DNA of 64,000 nt, taken from contig CP147778.1 of assembly GCA_037305845.1 (NCBI GenBank), positions 64,001 through 128,000 on the forward strand, written 5' to 3'. Shown piece after piece: positions 1 to 9,285 of the stretch. The translations under genes were made by a program, and so were the position numbers. The number at the start of each line of letters is the position of its first letter. Positions within the stretch are counted from its first letter, which is position 1. Below the pieces are notes generated by a model. The model did no database searches, was not told the origin of the DNA, and saw only the letters and a list, made by a program, of their open reading frames with translations. The stretch comes from Candidatus Freyarchaeum deiterrae. Its GTDB lineage: Archaea > Asgardarchaeota > Jordiarchaeia > Jordiarchaeales > Jordiarchaeaceae.

Positions 1-696
1 TACTGGTAGTTGCTTCCAAGAATTTTCACGTAGAAATTCTGGTGCAAACCCTTTTTTATCTACTGTAAAAACAGAAAATGGTGATGCAAAGCCTAAAACT
101 TCTCCCTCTTTTTTACAGAGAGAGCATATACCATCTCCTTTTGAGGAAACACCATGCTTATAGTAAAATTTCTCTTTGGCTCCTTCTTTCAAAATGTCTC
201 TAAATATATTAAAATCACCAATAAATTTTTCTCTTCCTTCCTCTCTTATTTTGATGGTAAGTATTAGGTTTCTTCTCTCTTCTTTGCTTAACTCCTCATA
301 TTTTTCAGATACTTTTTTGAATATTTCCTCTTTTTTTGTTTGGATCTCCTCGCTGAGTGATTTAATAATTGGGTTTGTTTTATATTGTTTGGAATATTCT
401 CCAAACCATAGATCCCATCGTTCCTCAACTTTTTCTAGCGATGCAATCTTAGCGGTGGGTGTCACATCATATCTGCCATGACTGAAAGTTCTGTACAAAT
501 ATCTTTCTGATTCTGCTTGCTCATAATCCTCTATATGGACATGATCAAAAACAATACTACTATTCTTTTGTTCAAAAACAACGCATATGACCTTTTTTGT
601 ATTTGTTAATTTGGATTTTTGTACAAGAATCTCCACATCATTTAATTCTCGCTTTTTAATATTGTATTCTCCTAATCTTTTTACGGCATCTAACAT
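1..696 (-). CDS. cas8b: Type I-B Cascade large subunit Cas8b (TM1802/Csh1-like), N-terminal part; runs off the window start
   Basis: Not in the ORF track; translated by hand from ATG 696. Reads MLDAVKRLGEY...YLYRTFSHGRYDVTPTAKI...GICSLC...FSVFTVDKKGF...SWKQLPV, matching TM1802-family motifs (YLYR..D.TPT.K, CxxC, F.T.DK.GF). Lies downstream of cas4. Confidence 0.85.
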   Translation of the reverse strand, partial: MLDAVKRLGEYNIKKRELNDVEILVQKSKLTNTKKVICVVFEQKNSSIVFDHVHIEDYEQAESERYLYRTFSHGRYDVTPTAKIASLEKVEERWDLWFGEYSKQYKTNPIIKSLSEEIQTKKEEIFKKVSEKYEELSKEERRNLILTIKIREEGREKFIGDFNIFRDILKEGAKEKFYYKHGVSSKGDGICSLCKKEGEVLGFASPFSVFTVDKKGFAPEFLRENSWKQLPV

Positions 697-897
697 TTTT
701 CTTTTCCTTCTCTTCCATCCACCAATTACTTTAATTTTTATCTTAAACCTTCAGATTCTTTAAGATTAATTTCGGAAATCTTCTTCTTTAATTATTTTCT
801 ACTCTACTTATTTAATTTTTTCTATTTACTTTTATATAAATCTAGTTTTAATAAGAAAAGTTTGCAACTTCTAGAATCACTTCTAAATCTTCTATTT

Positions 898-1500
898 CTA
901 GCTTCGTCTACAGATTTTCCAGTATTCGCAATCCGTGCATTTTCCGGAGTTGGGTGTTGGCGGCGGCATTGTTTCTTCTTCCACCATTTTTCTCATCTGA
1001 GTTAGGATTCTGAGTACTGTAAGTTTTGCTTGCGTTGTGATTTCGACTTTTCTTTCTTCATCCGCATCAGTATATCGTATCACTGCGTATCTAACAATAA
1101 CTCCGAAACATACCTCAATTAGCAGTGACTGAGCCACTATCTGAAGATAATGTCCTAGATGTAACTTTTCTGATGCTTCCTTCCCGGTCTTCACATCTAC
1201 TGGAACTATGGTTTCCCCGTCGTACTGGAAGTAGTCCGTTAGAGCGGATAATCCTAACGACTCGGATAGTAAGTAAAAATTATAGTATCGGGTTACATTC
1301 TCTTGTCTTTCGGTCTTTTTTGCTCTGCACTCAACCTCGTGAATTTGTGTGCCTCTATTCATTTTCACCGTAGGGTATACACGTGCTTTGAGTACATATC
1401 TGAAGTAGGGTATTCTTTTGCAATACGCATATTGCCTTATGTCCTCAGCAGTGAAAACCTGTTTCTGTCTTGCTGCTTCCCACGTTTCTATTTGAGTCAT
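898..1500 (-). CDS. cas4: CRISPR-associated protein Cas4
   Basis: N-terminal YxYCxR, RecB-like D...DVK, QxxxQ and C-terminal CxxCxxxxxC Fe-S ligands; follows cas2. Confidence 0.95.
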   Translation of the reverse strand: MTQIETWEAARQKQVFTAEDIRQYAYCKRIPYFRYVLKARVYPTVKMNRGTQIHEVECRAKKTERQENVTRYYNFYLLSESLGLSALTDYFQYDGETIVPVDVKTGKEASEKLHLGHYLQIVAQSLLIEVCFGVIVRYAVIRYTDADEERKVEITTQAKLTVLRILTQMRKMVEEETMPPPTPNSGKCTDCEYWKICRRS

Positions 1501-1778
1501 TATACCAATACTACCTCCTTTTCCTCTATGTTGTAAAGTTCGGAAACTATAATTTGGTTTTCAATACACCTCTCACACACTGGAAATATTCGTATATCTG
1601 CAAGTTCTCCTCCCACCATGTCTTCCAGTTCTAATGAGAGCATTTCGGCTTTGTTTCTGCTCATTTCTCCTATGAAGACACTTTTCTGTAGGCGTCTTAG
1701 TCCGTATCCGAAGAGTCTGGCTGCTATCTTGGTTCGGAGTCTGTCGTCGGGTACGTCGTAGGTTACTATGTTAATCAT
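1500..1778 (-). CDS. cas2: CRISPR-associated endoribonuclease Cas2
   Basis: VTYDV.DD, RLQKSVF and C-terminal CxxC; 92 aa. Confidence 0.97.
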   Translation of the reverse strand: MINIVTYDVPDDRLRTKIAARLFGYGLRRLQKSVFIGEMSRNKAEMLSLELEDMVGGELADIRIFPVCERCIENQIIVSELYNIEEKEVVLV

Positions 1779-2832
1779 TCTGGTTGTCTCCTCCTCCGCC
1801 TGTGGTTCCCCACCATTCGAAGGTGTAGGGGGTGTAGCTCTGAGCTTTTCCTAGGAGGTAGCGTGCGATTTCTCTTGCCTGGTGGAATATCATGTTTTCG
1901 AGGGGTGCTTTTCCTTCGTCTGGTTTCGCCTCGCTTTCCAGTCGGCTGAGTATGGCTTCTATGTACTTTTTCTTAGCATCATCACTGAACAACAGTCTTC
2001 CTTCGGTGTGTTCAAAGTCTTTTGGGGTTAGTGTTCCCTGTGTGAACATGCTTACGGCGGTTCTGTCTACGAGTGGTTGTCTGAATTCTTCTGAGAGGTC
2101 TAGTACTAGGGATGCTTTTCCTGAGCGGTCTGCGTGTAGGAATCCGGCGAATGGTTCCAGTCCGCATGCGGTTACCGCTGCGAGTACTCTGGAGTTGAGT
2201 ATGGTGTATCCTAGGCTGAGTGCTGAGTTGAAGGGGTCTCTGGGTGGTCTTTTCTCTCTTCTCTGGAATCTTATTTCTTCGGGTAGGATTAGTCTTAGGG
2301 CTTGGTAGTATATGCGGGTGGCTTCTGCTTCTAGTCCCATTATCTCGTATCGTTTTTCGGTGATCAGTCCATTATTTATTTCGCTGAGTTTTTCTTGTAC
2401 TCTTTTTATTTCTTGGGTGGCTGCTTCTAGGTGGTCTGCTAGTGTGGGGTCGGTGCGTTTTCTGCTGTTTGCGAAGTAGTTGATTAGTCGGTGCTTGTTG
2501 GTCATTCCGGCGTCCACGAATGTTTTGGCTAGGTGGGTTCCCCTGTGGTCGCCGTAGGCGGTTATCTGTTCTCTGCGTGTGAGTACTGTGCCGTGCATGA
2601 AGAAGCCGTGGAGGAGGGCTATGGGTTTGCCGCCTCCCATGAAGAGTACTGGTACGCCGTTTTCTGCTAGGAGTTTGACGGCTTCGGAGGAGATGCTGGC
2701 GGAGGCGGATACTATGATTTCGGAGAGCTTGACCACGGGTACCTCTTGGAGTTTTTCGCCTCTGCAGGTGATTTTGATGGCTTGCCCCTTTTTTCCTATG
2801 AAGGTTCCGTGGCTGCTTATTTCGATTAGCAT
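1771..2832 (-). CDS. cas1: CRISPR-associated integrase Cas1
   Basis: Catalytic motifs GLEAEATRIYY, NSALSLGY, GFLH and DLSEEFR. Confidence 0.98.
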   Translation of the reverse strand: MLIEISSHGTFIGKKGQAIKITCRGEKLQEVPVVKLSEIIVSASASISSEAVKLLAENGVPVLFMGGGKPIALLHGFFMHGTVLTRREQITAYGDHRGTHLAKTFVDAGMTNKHRLINYFANSRKRTDPTLADHLEAATQEIKRVQEKLSEINNGLITEKRYEIMGLEAEATRIYYQALRLILPEEIRFQRREKRPPRDPFNSALSLGYTILNSRVLAAVTACGLEPFAGFLHADRSGKASLVLDLSEEFRQPLVDRTAVSMFTQGTLTPKDFEHTEGRLLFSDDAKKKYIEAILSRLESEAKPDEGKAPLENMIFHQAREIARYLLGKAQSYTPYTFEWWGTTGGGGDNQND

Positions 2833-2838
2833 TTTTTA

Positions 2839-3738
2839 TTAGTCCTCCTCGCAGATTATCCCTCTCCCCCTCGCAGAGTGAAGGTCGTGGGCAATAAGTT
2901 GGCCGTTAGATTGAAAGTATAGGATGTTTCCTCTCACGTAGACTACTCTTCCGAGCAGGTCTTCGATCTGCCAGGCGTTCACATCTACCGGGAGTTCTGG
3001 ATGTACACCGTAAACTTGGCTTAGGTCGAGTGTGCATACTTCGTGTAGGTCGAATTTTTTTGTGGTTTCTTGGCTTAGCTTTTTTAGCTCTTCGATTTTT
3101 GGGCCTTTTGGGTGGGCGAATTCTTCGGCTTTGTATTCGAATCTTACTCTGGTTTCGAGTCCTAGGGAATCTGCTATGAGTTGTTCTGTTTCTTGGGCGG
3201 TGGTGAGGTTTAGGTTTCCTCTGAGGACTGTGGCGCAGTCTGCTCCCTGTTCTATTAGTCGGTACTTATAACCGTCGGGGGTGCTCCATCTTTCCGCCCG
3301 GGTTACTCCCACTTTGAAGAGTTCTCCGAAGCCCGCTAGATATACTACGTGTTCGTCTCCGCAGTATTGGGCGGCCCAGGGTGAGTCGCATGGTGGGTTG
3401 CTGGGGTTGCAGTGTTGATTGTATGGTGTGCCTGCGCCTTTTGTTACGCATTCAAATCTCTGCACGTTGACGAGACTTGCGCACTCGTCGCAGTACTGAG
3501 CATCTCCAATTGTGGGGTTGAGGCATTCTAGGCAGTATTGTTCTCTGGTGAGCATGAGGGCGTGTTCTCCGAAGAGTGGAGCGCTTCCCAGTCCTAGGGG
3601 TGATAGGATGTCTATGTGCGGTAGGTAGAATCCTAGGAAGGGTCGCCAGCTGTATCCTCTCATTACGAATTGGATATCCTCTTGGAGGATTATTTCTTTA
3701 GTTTGGGGAAATACTATTTGTTGTGAGATTGCTACCAT
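2839..3738 (-). CDS. DUF2797-family protein (Cys-rich, GIY-YIG-like core), first gene of the cas1 operon
   Basis: CxxC...CxxC, further Cys cluster, then HVVYLA...KVGVT...RLIEQGA; ends 6 nt before the cas1 start. Confidence 0.8.
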   Translation of the reverse strand: MVAISQQIVFPQTKEIILQEDIQFVMRGYSWRPFLGFYLPHIDILSPLGLGSAPLFGEHALMLTREQYCLECLNPTIGDAQYCDECASLVNVQRFECVTKGAGTPYNQHCNPSNPPCDSPWAAQYCGDEHVVYLAGFGELFKVGVTRAERWSTPDGYKYRLIEQGADCATVLRGNLNLTTAQETEQLIADSLGLETRVRFEYKAEEFAHPKGPKIEELKKLSQETTKKFDLHEVCTLDLSQVYGVHPELPVDVNAWQIEDLLGRVVYVRGNILYFQSNGQLIAHDLHSARGRGIICEED

Positions 3739-4027
3739 CTACTTTTTTCCTCCATTTTTTCTCTCGCAAGGACCTTTCTGTCTATATAATCTCTTTGGAA
3801 ACATATAAACATTTTGGAAATATATTTCTATAATTCACTTATAATTCTAAAAATAACCAAAAAAACAGCTTAACAAAAAGAAAAATGAAACACACCACAA
3901 AACACCCACCCCAAACCTTCCCAAAAAATCCCTTCGATGATATATTTCCATTCTAAGGGTTCATTGGGATGATTACAGGGCAGGTTCTAGCTCCATAACG
4001 TTTTTAAATTTCCAATACAATTGCCAT

Positions 4028-4306
4028 TTGGTGGCTTACTTGGTGATACTGGATAAGTCTGGTAGGGTACTACTCCCTAAAGAGATTAGGGACAAGCTGG
4101 GTCTTAGTGAGGGGACACCTCTAGAGGTAACCGTCAGAGGTAGCGAGATTGTGATTAGGCCCTATGATAAGGGACTGGAGGAGCGGGTTGAAGAAGCGGT
4201 AAAATTTCTGTCTGAGAACGCTCCTAGAGCCTTTGTGACGCAGGAAGAGGGAGATAAGTGGTTCTCAAGAGAGTACTGCCTGAGAAAGATAGGGTTGAAG
4301 GAATAG
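4028..4306 (+). CDS. AbrB/MazE-type antitoxin
   Basis: LDKSGRVLLPKEIRDKLGL swapped-hairpin motif. Confidence 0.9.
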   Translation: MVAYLVILDKSGRVLLPKEIRDKLGLSEGTPLEVTVRGSEIVIRPYDKGLEERVEEAVKFLSENAPRAFVTQEEGDKWFSREYCLRKIGLKE

Positions 4307-4758
4307 TTGATGTTGGGGTGCTTGTTATTGCCCACTTCGAAAACCCTGCTAATAAACAAGCACTAAAATTCATTGGGGACGTTCTACTCTGGAAGCGGAG
4401 GTGTCTAGTTCCGACTTCAACTCTCCTAGGTGCATACCATATCCTCACAAGCTACCTAGGTGTTGAAAGAGACTTGGCTTGTAACGCTCTTTCCAAAACG
4501 TTAAAAACACTTTCTCCAGCTTTCTACGAAGATATCACCATAGAACTAGCCTCTGAAGCAATAATAAATGCCACGAGTTACAAGATAGCCTCTTGGGACG
4601 GATACATTATAAGCCTCGCAAGAAGGTATAACGCCCCAATAATATATACTATCGATAGTAAGCTAGCTAGCAAAGTAAAGGACATTCAGATTATTAATCC
4701 AATCCCGGAAGAAACTTTCAAAAAATATAACGAGTGGCTGGAAAGTAAATTAACGTAA
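4258..4758 (+). CDS. PIN-domain (VapC-like) toxin, apparently intact
   Basis: IVDVGV...SWDGYII...IYTID; overlaps the antitoxin. Confidence 0.85.
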   Translation: MVLKRVLPEKDRVEGIVDVGVLVIAHFENPANKQALKFIGDVLLWKRRCLVPTSTLLGAYHILTSYLGVERDLACNALSKTLKTLSPAFYEDITIELASEAIINATSYKIASWDGYIISLARRYNAPIIYTIDSKLASKVKDIQIINPIPEETFKKYNEWLESKLT

Positions 4759-4893
4759 AAGAACACCTGCTAACGCTGAATAGCAGACTAACCCAAAAGA
4801 AGAACCACATGGAAACCTACATCGCTTCATTCGATTGACGCGAAATCTTTATTTGTTTCGATGTGTACGGGTTTTATTCGGTGATTCTGGCAT

Positions 4894-5127
4894 ATGGTTG
4901 TAAGTCGAGTGGGTTCGAAGGGAGAACTTTTCCTCCCAAAGGATGTAAGGGAGAAACTTGGGCTTAAACCTAACATGAGGGTGCTTTATAAAGTTGAAGG
5001 GGGAAGATTGTTGGTGGAGCCGGTTCCAAGCCTTGAAGAAGTATTTGAGGAACCTCAGCCTGTTGAGTTAACCTTGGAAGAGTTTCACGAATTTAGAAGA
5101 AAGCTTTCTCGAGAGTCTGAGACTTGA
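4894..5127 (+). CDS. AbrB/MazE-type antitoxin
   Basis: VGSKGELFLPKDVREKLGL. Confidence 0.9.
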   Translation: MVVSRVGSKGELFLPKDVREKLGLKPNMRVLYKVEGGRLLVEPVPSLEEVFEEPQPVELTLEEFHEFRRKLSRESET

Positions 5128-5597
5128 GACTTCTGCTTGACACAACTTATTTCCTTCCCGCTATAGGGATCTCTATTAAGAGTTTGGTAGGGAATGCGGT
5201 AATTAAACTGATTTCAGAAGGACAACGGATTCTGATGAGTGAGGTAACCATCTTTGAACTATCCGCTAAGGGAGGCAAGCAAGTAGCCACTAGGAATCTT
5301 GAAGCTGAGAGAGTGGTGAAAGGAATAAGAGCTATTATATATGATGGGCGTATTGAGAGGATTCCTGTACATGATGCATCAATTCTGCTAACTGCGTTCA
5401 AGCTTAGAGAGGTATTAGATGATTTTATTGACTGCATAATCCTTTCATCGGGCATTAACTAAGCTGACGTGCTGATAACTGAGGATAAGGACATCCAAAA
5501 CCTGATGGAGGGAGGAGGGTTTCAAGAGCTCATAGCGGCAATAAATCCTACATTCACAATCAAACCATTAGCAAATGTACTAAAGCCTCATACATAA
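5124..5597 (+). pseudogene. PIN toxin with an internal TAA
   Basis: LLDTTYFLP...DFIDCII, then stop at 5460-5462; the frame continues ADVLITED (last PIN acidic motif) to TAA at 5597. Confidence 0.85.
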
Positions 5598-6009
5598 CGA
5601 ACCAGCTTACAGCGAAGAGCGGAATTGGAAGTTATTACTGGCTTATTTGTCGCATTTCCTTCTTATGGTTACCCAATAGGTCTACGATAATCAACATTCT
5701 CGGTAGACTGCTCTACAGCAAATGAGTACTCGTCCCAAAATTCAAACCACTGGAAAACCAGAACGAAAACCTAACCAACGAGATAGAGTTTCTAATAAAA
5801 TACCCCAGAGAAACCGCATCAGGCAGGACAGGAATCACGGGTGAAAAATGTTTCGTAGCCAGTGCTTTAATAATTCACATCAAACATGGTATCACTAAAC
5901 ACGCTAAATTACAAAACCCTTCCCCAGATCGTATGATTCTCCATTGGTCAAAAATAATATTGTAAAACTTAATAATGTTGGAAAACTATAGTGATTCTGG
6001 TAAATTGAA

Positions 6010-6255
6010 ATGTCTGAAGAAGTTTCAATTGTTGGAAAAAAATTCATTGTTGTAATACCGAAGAATATTCGGAAGACGCTAGGTATCAAGGAAGGTCAGA
6101 AGATAAGATTCAAAGTTGAGCAAGGCAAAATACACTTAGAACCAATAATTGACCCCTTCGAACTGGCCATTAAAGGATCAAAATTCGCTGAAATAACAGT
6201 TGAAGAATTTGAATCCGAATCCGAGGAAATGCAGAATGAATTCTTCAAGGATTAA
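6010..6255 (+). CDS. AbrB/MazE-type antitoxin
   Basis: VGKKFIVVIPKNIRKTLGI. Confidence 0.9.
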   Translation: MSEEVSIVGKKFIVVIPKNIRKTLGIKEGQKIRFKVEQGKIHLEPIIDPFELAIKGSKFAEITVEEFESESEEMQNEFFKD

Positions 6256-6688
6256 AGTACTTCTCGACACCACGTATCTGCTACTTTTTTTGGGCGTGAG
6301 TTAAAGGAAGTCGAAAGTGTTTTAGAAAAGCTTAATCCTTTACCAAGGCGGTAAGATTGAGCCGAACTACTCGCCGTTCAGCCTACTTGAAGCCTTAGGC
6401 AAAATGTCAAAAACACAATTTGACGAAGAAAAACTCAAAAACGGATTAATTTCAATTCTCGAATCAAAAGCATTCGCAGAAGTCTTACCAACATACGACG
6501 GCTACCTAAAAGCCCTAAAACTAAAAGCAGAAGGATTCAAAGACTTTGTCAATCTCTTACTAAACGAAATAGCTACCACAAGAGGCTTAAGGTTGCTAAC
6601 AAGAGACCGTGAAATCATAAAATTCGTACAACCGATGGGATATGGGTTGCTTTTTATCTTTCTATTTCTTCTTTCAGCTTGTTTATAA
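6236..6688 (+). pseudogene. Frameshifted PIN toxin
   Basis: ATG 6236 gives MNSSRIKVLLDTTYLL, then a stop after a poly-T run; the C-terminal part (FKDFVNLL...LLTRD) is in the ORF at 6404. Confidence 0.8.
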
Positions 6689-7043
6689 TTTCTTCTGCTG
6701 CTTCCAGCATTTCTTCCACTTCTTCTTTTGAGTGGGGGGTAATGGGTCCTGGAGGATAACGCTCGTCATAATAGAATACATTTAGTTTTCTGCCTAGATC
6801 AAGATATTTTTGAAAGGCAACATCAAAATTTGTAGCCTTGGTTATGAGTGATTCTAGGTCGTGTATCTTCTTTAATTTCCAGCCCTTATGGATAAGATAA
6901 GCCTTTAGGTATTTCTCAATGGCTTGATGGATATGAAAAACCGCTACATCAAAATACTTGCTGTCCCTTAGAATTTTTGCGGCGTCTAGGTCATGTTTTC
7001 CTCTTTCCATCCATTCCTTAACTATCTGCTCCTTCGCTTTCAT
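6654..7043 (-). CDS. HEPN-domain protein (MNT-HEPN TA toxin)
   Basis: FHIHQAIEKYLKA, KIHDL, RYP. Confidence 0.9.
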   Translation of the reverse strand: MKAKEQIVKEWMERGKHDLDAAKILRDSKYFDVAVFHIHQAIEKYLKAYLIHKGWKLKKIHDLESLITKATNFDVAFQKYLDLGRKLNVFYYDERYPPGPITPHSKEEVEEMLEAAEEIINKLKEEIER

Positions 7044-7359
7044 ATAGGACTACCCCCTTTTGGATTATCTCCTCTACGAAATCGTCTCCTATTCTGAGGC
7101 GTTCCTCCAGTTCCTCAGGAGTATACACTAAGGGGGATACAGGTATTTCGCGGTTAGGATTGTAAATTATCCTTTTAACGTGTACGACTCTGTCCACTCT
7201 TCTCTCATTAGTTTTTTTCAAAATCAAAAGGTCTATGTCGCTATCTTCTTTAGGATTGCCGTAAGCGTAGGAGCCGAATAGAATAATTTTCAGGGGCTTG
7301 TATTCGTTTTTCAGCTTTTCAACAATCTCGGATAGTATTGCTTTTATCTCTACTTCCAT
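7018..7359 (-). CDS. Minimal nucleotidyltransferase (MNT antitoxin)
   Basis: LFGSYAYG...SDIDLLI. Confidence 0.92.
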   Translation of the reverse strand: MEVEIKAILSEIVEKLKNEYKPLKIILFGSYAYGNPKEDSDIDLLILKKTNERRVDRVVHVKRIIYNPNREIPVSPLVYTPEELEERLRIGDDFVEEIIQKGVVLYESEGADS

Positions 7360-7479
7360 CTTTTACCTTCCTCTAGCTTGTATTCTCTATATATTTATAC
7401 GCTTTTAAATTATAAACACTCTCTAATAATATTAATTACAGGAGATTAACGGGTGTAGGTAAAACTCTGGAAGCAGATA

Positions 7480-7512
7480 CTTTCAACCCTCGTTACTGAG
7501 GAGCTTCTTTTG
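7480..7512 (-). repeat. Orphan CRISPR repeat, reverse orientation
   Basis: ctttcaaccctcgttactgaggagcttcttttg matches the reverse complement of the array repeat at 31 of 33 nt. Confidence 0.9.
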
Positions 7513-7548
7513 ACTCATAGATGCCAATTCCTTGATAGGTTAAGAGTA

Positions 7549-7815
7549 CTACGTCAAAATCTTTAAACCAAACTCTGAAAAACCTTTCAAAATGCTTTAA
7601 ATAAAGTGTGTAGAATTAGGTCTTTTGCGATTGCAATTGATGCGATTAGAAAATTTGCGTCTTCAATAGGTTCACCTTTTCTTTTAACGTGTTGTAAAGC
7701 TTACAATAAACCAATAGGAATATTGTGCAAAGGTAGCTATTTCCTAATAACTCAAGCTTTTTGGTTCTTGAGTATTCCACAAGAACGGAGGTGTCAACAA
7801 GTACTCTCTCTGAAC
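7549..7815 (-). pseudogene. Degraded PIN toxin
   Basis: VLVDTSVLVEY N-terminus; LIASIAIAKDLILHT and KHFERF lie in other frames; internally shortened. Confidence 0.7.
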
Positions 7816-7994
7816 TTGAAGGACTTCCTGAAGCTTTCGGCTTCCTTTTTGAGCTCATCCCAATCGACGCCCTCCACCAGCTCATAGAATTCTTTAAACT
7901 TCTTCTTTTTCTTTAGGTAATTCCGAATTAGCTCCTTAATCTCTTCTTCGGTAACAACATCCGGAACATCAATAACAATTTTTATCCGATTCAC
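7794..7994 (-). CDS. Small putative antitoxin
   Basis: 66 aa, charged, overlaps the start of the PIN remnant. Confidence 0.65.
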   Translation of the reverse strand: MNRIKIVIDVPDVVTEEEIKELIRNYLKKKKKFKEFYELVEGVDWDELKKEAESFRKSFKFRESTC

Positions 7995-8011
7995 ACTCGT
8001 CTAGGAAACTT

Positions 8012-8638
8012 TTATTTCTCCAGTTTCAGCCATATTTCCTCATCTGGGTTATAGCTCCAATTTTTGTAAATGTCCTTCTTGAAGACTTTTAACAGTAGAG
8101 CGATTCCTGCACTGTCGAAGAGAACATCATATCCTTCCAGAATTCCAAAAATTAGGGAGGATTCCAAGTTAAGCATGGCAATGAATCCTTTGAGGGTAAT
8201 GGAATTTATCTCAAAGGCTACCCCATACTTTATGGAAATTTGGTATTCGTCGTCGGCAAGACTCAACGGATTTTCAGAAATAACTAGGAGATCTACATCG
8301 CTTTCCTCATGTGTTTTTCCTTTGGCTACGCTTCCGTAAAGCAGGACGCCTAAGACTTCGGGGTGTTTTTCCACGATTTCATAAGCCGCTATCCAAGCGA
8401 TTTCCTTTAAAGAGGCTACCAGAATACTACGTAACTTATCCCGGTCAATCTGATAGCCGTTGCCACTGATCCTTACTACGCCTAGTCGAAGGAGCTGTTT
8501 TAGTTTTATCGATAGCCATCTCTCGCTTAGACCCGTTTCTCTAAATAGTTCTGAGAAGGACTTTTCTCCATTCGATAAAGCGTGTATAATTCTTCCTTCG
8601 GGTGTGAGTGTGAATAGCTTAAGCACTTGCTTTCTCAT
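8012..8638 (-). CDS. wHTH + nucleotidyltransferase (MNT) fusion
   Basis: KSFSELFRETGLSERWLSIKLKQL HTH, then LYGSVAKG...SDVDLL. Confidence 0.85.
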   Translation of the reverse strand: MRKQVLKLFTLTPEGRIIHALSNGEKSFSELFRETGLSERWLSIKLKQLLRLGVVRISGNGYQIDRDKLRSILVASLKEIAWIAAYEIVEKHPEVLGVLLYGSVAKGKTHEESDVDLLVISENPLSLADDEYQISIKYGVAFEINSITLKGFIAMLNLESSLIFGILEGYDVLFDSAGIALLLKVFKKDIYKNWSYNPDEEIWLKLEK

Positions 8639-9120
8639 AGTATATCAATTACGAGATTTTGGATTTTAAATTTACTAAGTATAGAAACTTTATCAAGTAC
8701 ATATAATCTTTCAACCAATAAAGGATAGTCAGAATACTGTCACAAGAGTGGAAGCAGTCCATCTAGGGTTGCTAAGGAAGTTGAAGACGCCACCCACCTC
8801 AGCACCTCTAACATCACTAGGCGGCCTAGAGTCCACATACACCTTTTCCAGCTCTTGGAGGTGATGTACACCAAGAGGAGGGGGAGAACAAACTTGAGGA
8901 CTCTTCTTGTGCTTTAGTTGATGGTGGTAGGGTTTCTGCTTACTGTTTCCTTAGGGGGGAGGTGTTAACTTTCCTCAAGTCGAGGATGGAAGTCCTCCAC
9001 GCATAAAGCATACCCTTCCCATAAACCAAAAAACATACATATTACATTGCGCCGTCGATTGTCGATTTACTGTTTTCTGTGCGTTAGGTTTTTTAGTTTA
9101 GGTGGAGAAGTATAGTTACG

Positions 9121-9285
9121 GTGGCTTTTATGGAGGAGCTTGAGCGTCTGCTCAAGGAGAAAATGAAGATTCTTAAACCCAACGAGTGCGCCGTAATTTA
9201 CGACGACGAGAGAGGACTTCTTATCAGTGTTTGTAATGAGGAAGGGAAGATAAAAATAGTTTCAAAAAAGGTAGATGAACTTTAA
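9121..9285 (+). CDS. Small hypothetical protein (54 aa)
   Basis: Hand-translated: (V)AFMEELERLLKEKMKILKPNECAVIYDDERGLLISVCNEEGKIKIVSKKVDEL. Confidence 0.5.
   Translation: MAFMEELERLLKEKMKILKPNECAVIYDDERGLLISVCNEEGKIKIVSKKVDEL

Noticed and set aside
176-481. Plus-strand 101-aa ORF
   Set aside because: Antisense shadow of cas8b.
5460-5462. Recoding (readthrough, Pyl or Sec) at internal stops 5460 and in 23619-23837
   Set aside because: TAA is not recoded, neighbouring genes are decaying, and single-base nonsense changes (CAA>TAA, TGG>TAG) explain both.
6698-6707. 10-nt match between the sequence following the 7480 orphan repeat and the HEPN gene
   Set aside because: Too short and not anchored at the first guide position; compatible with chance.
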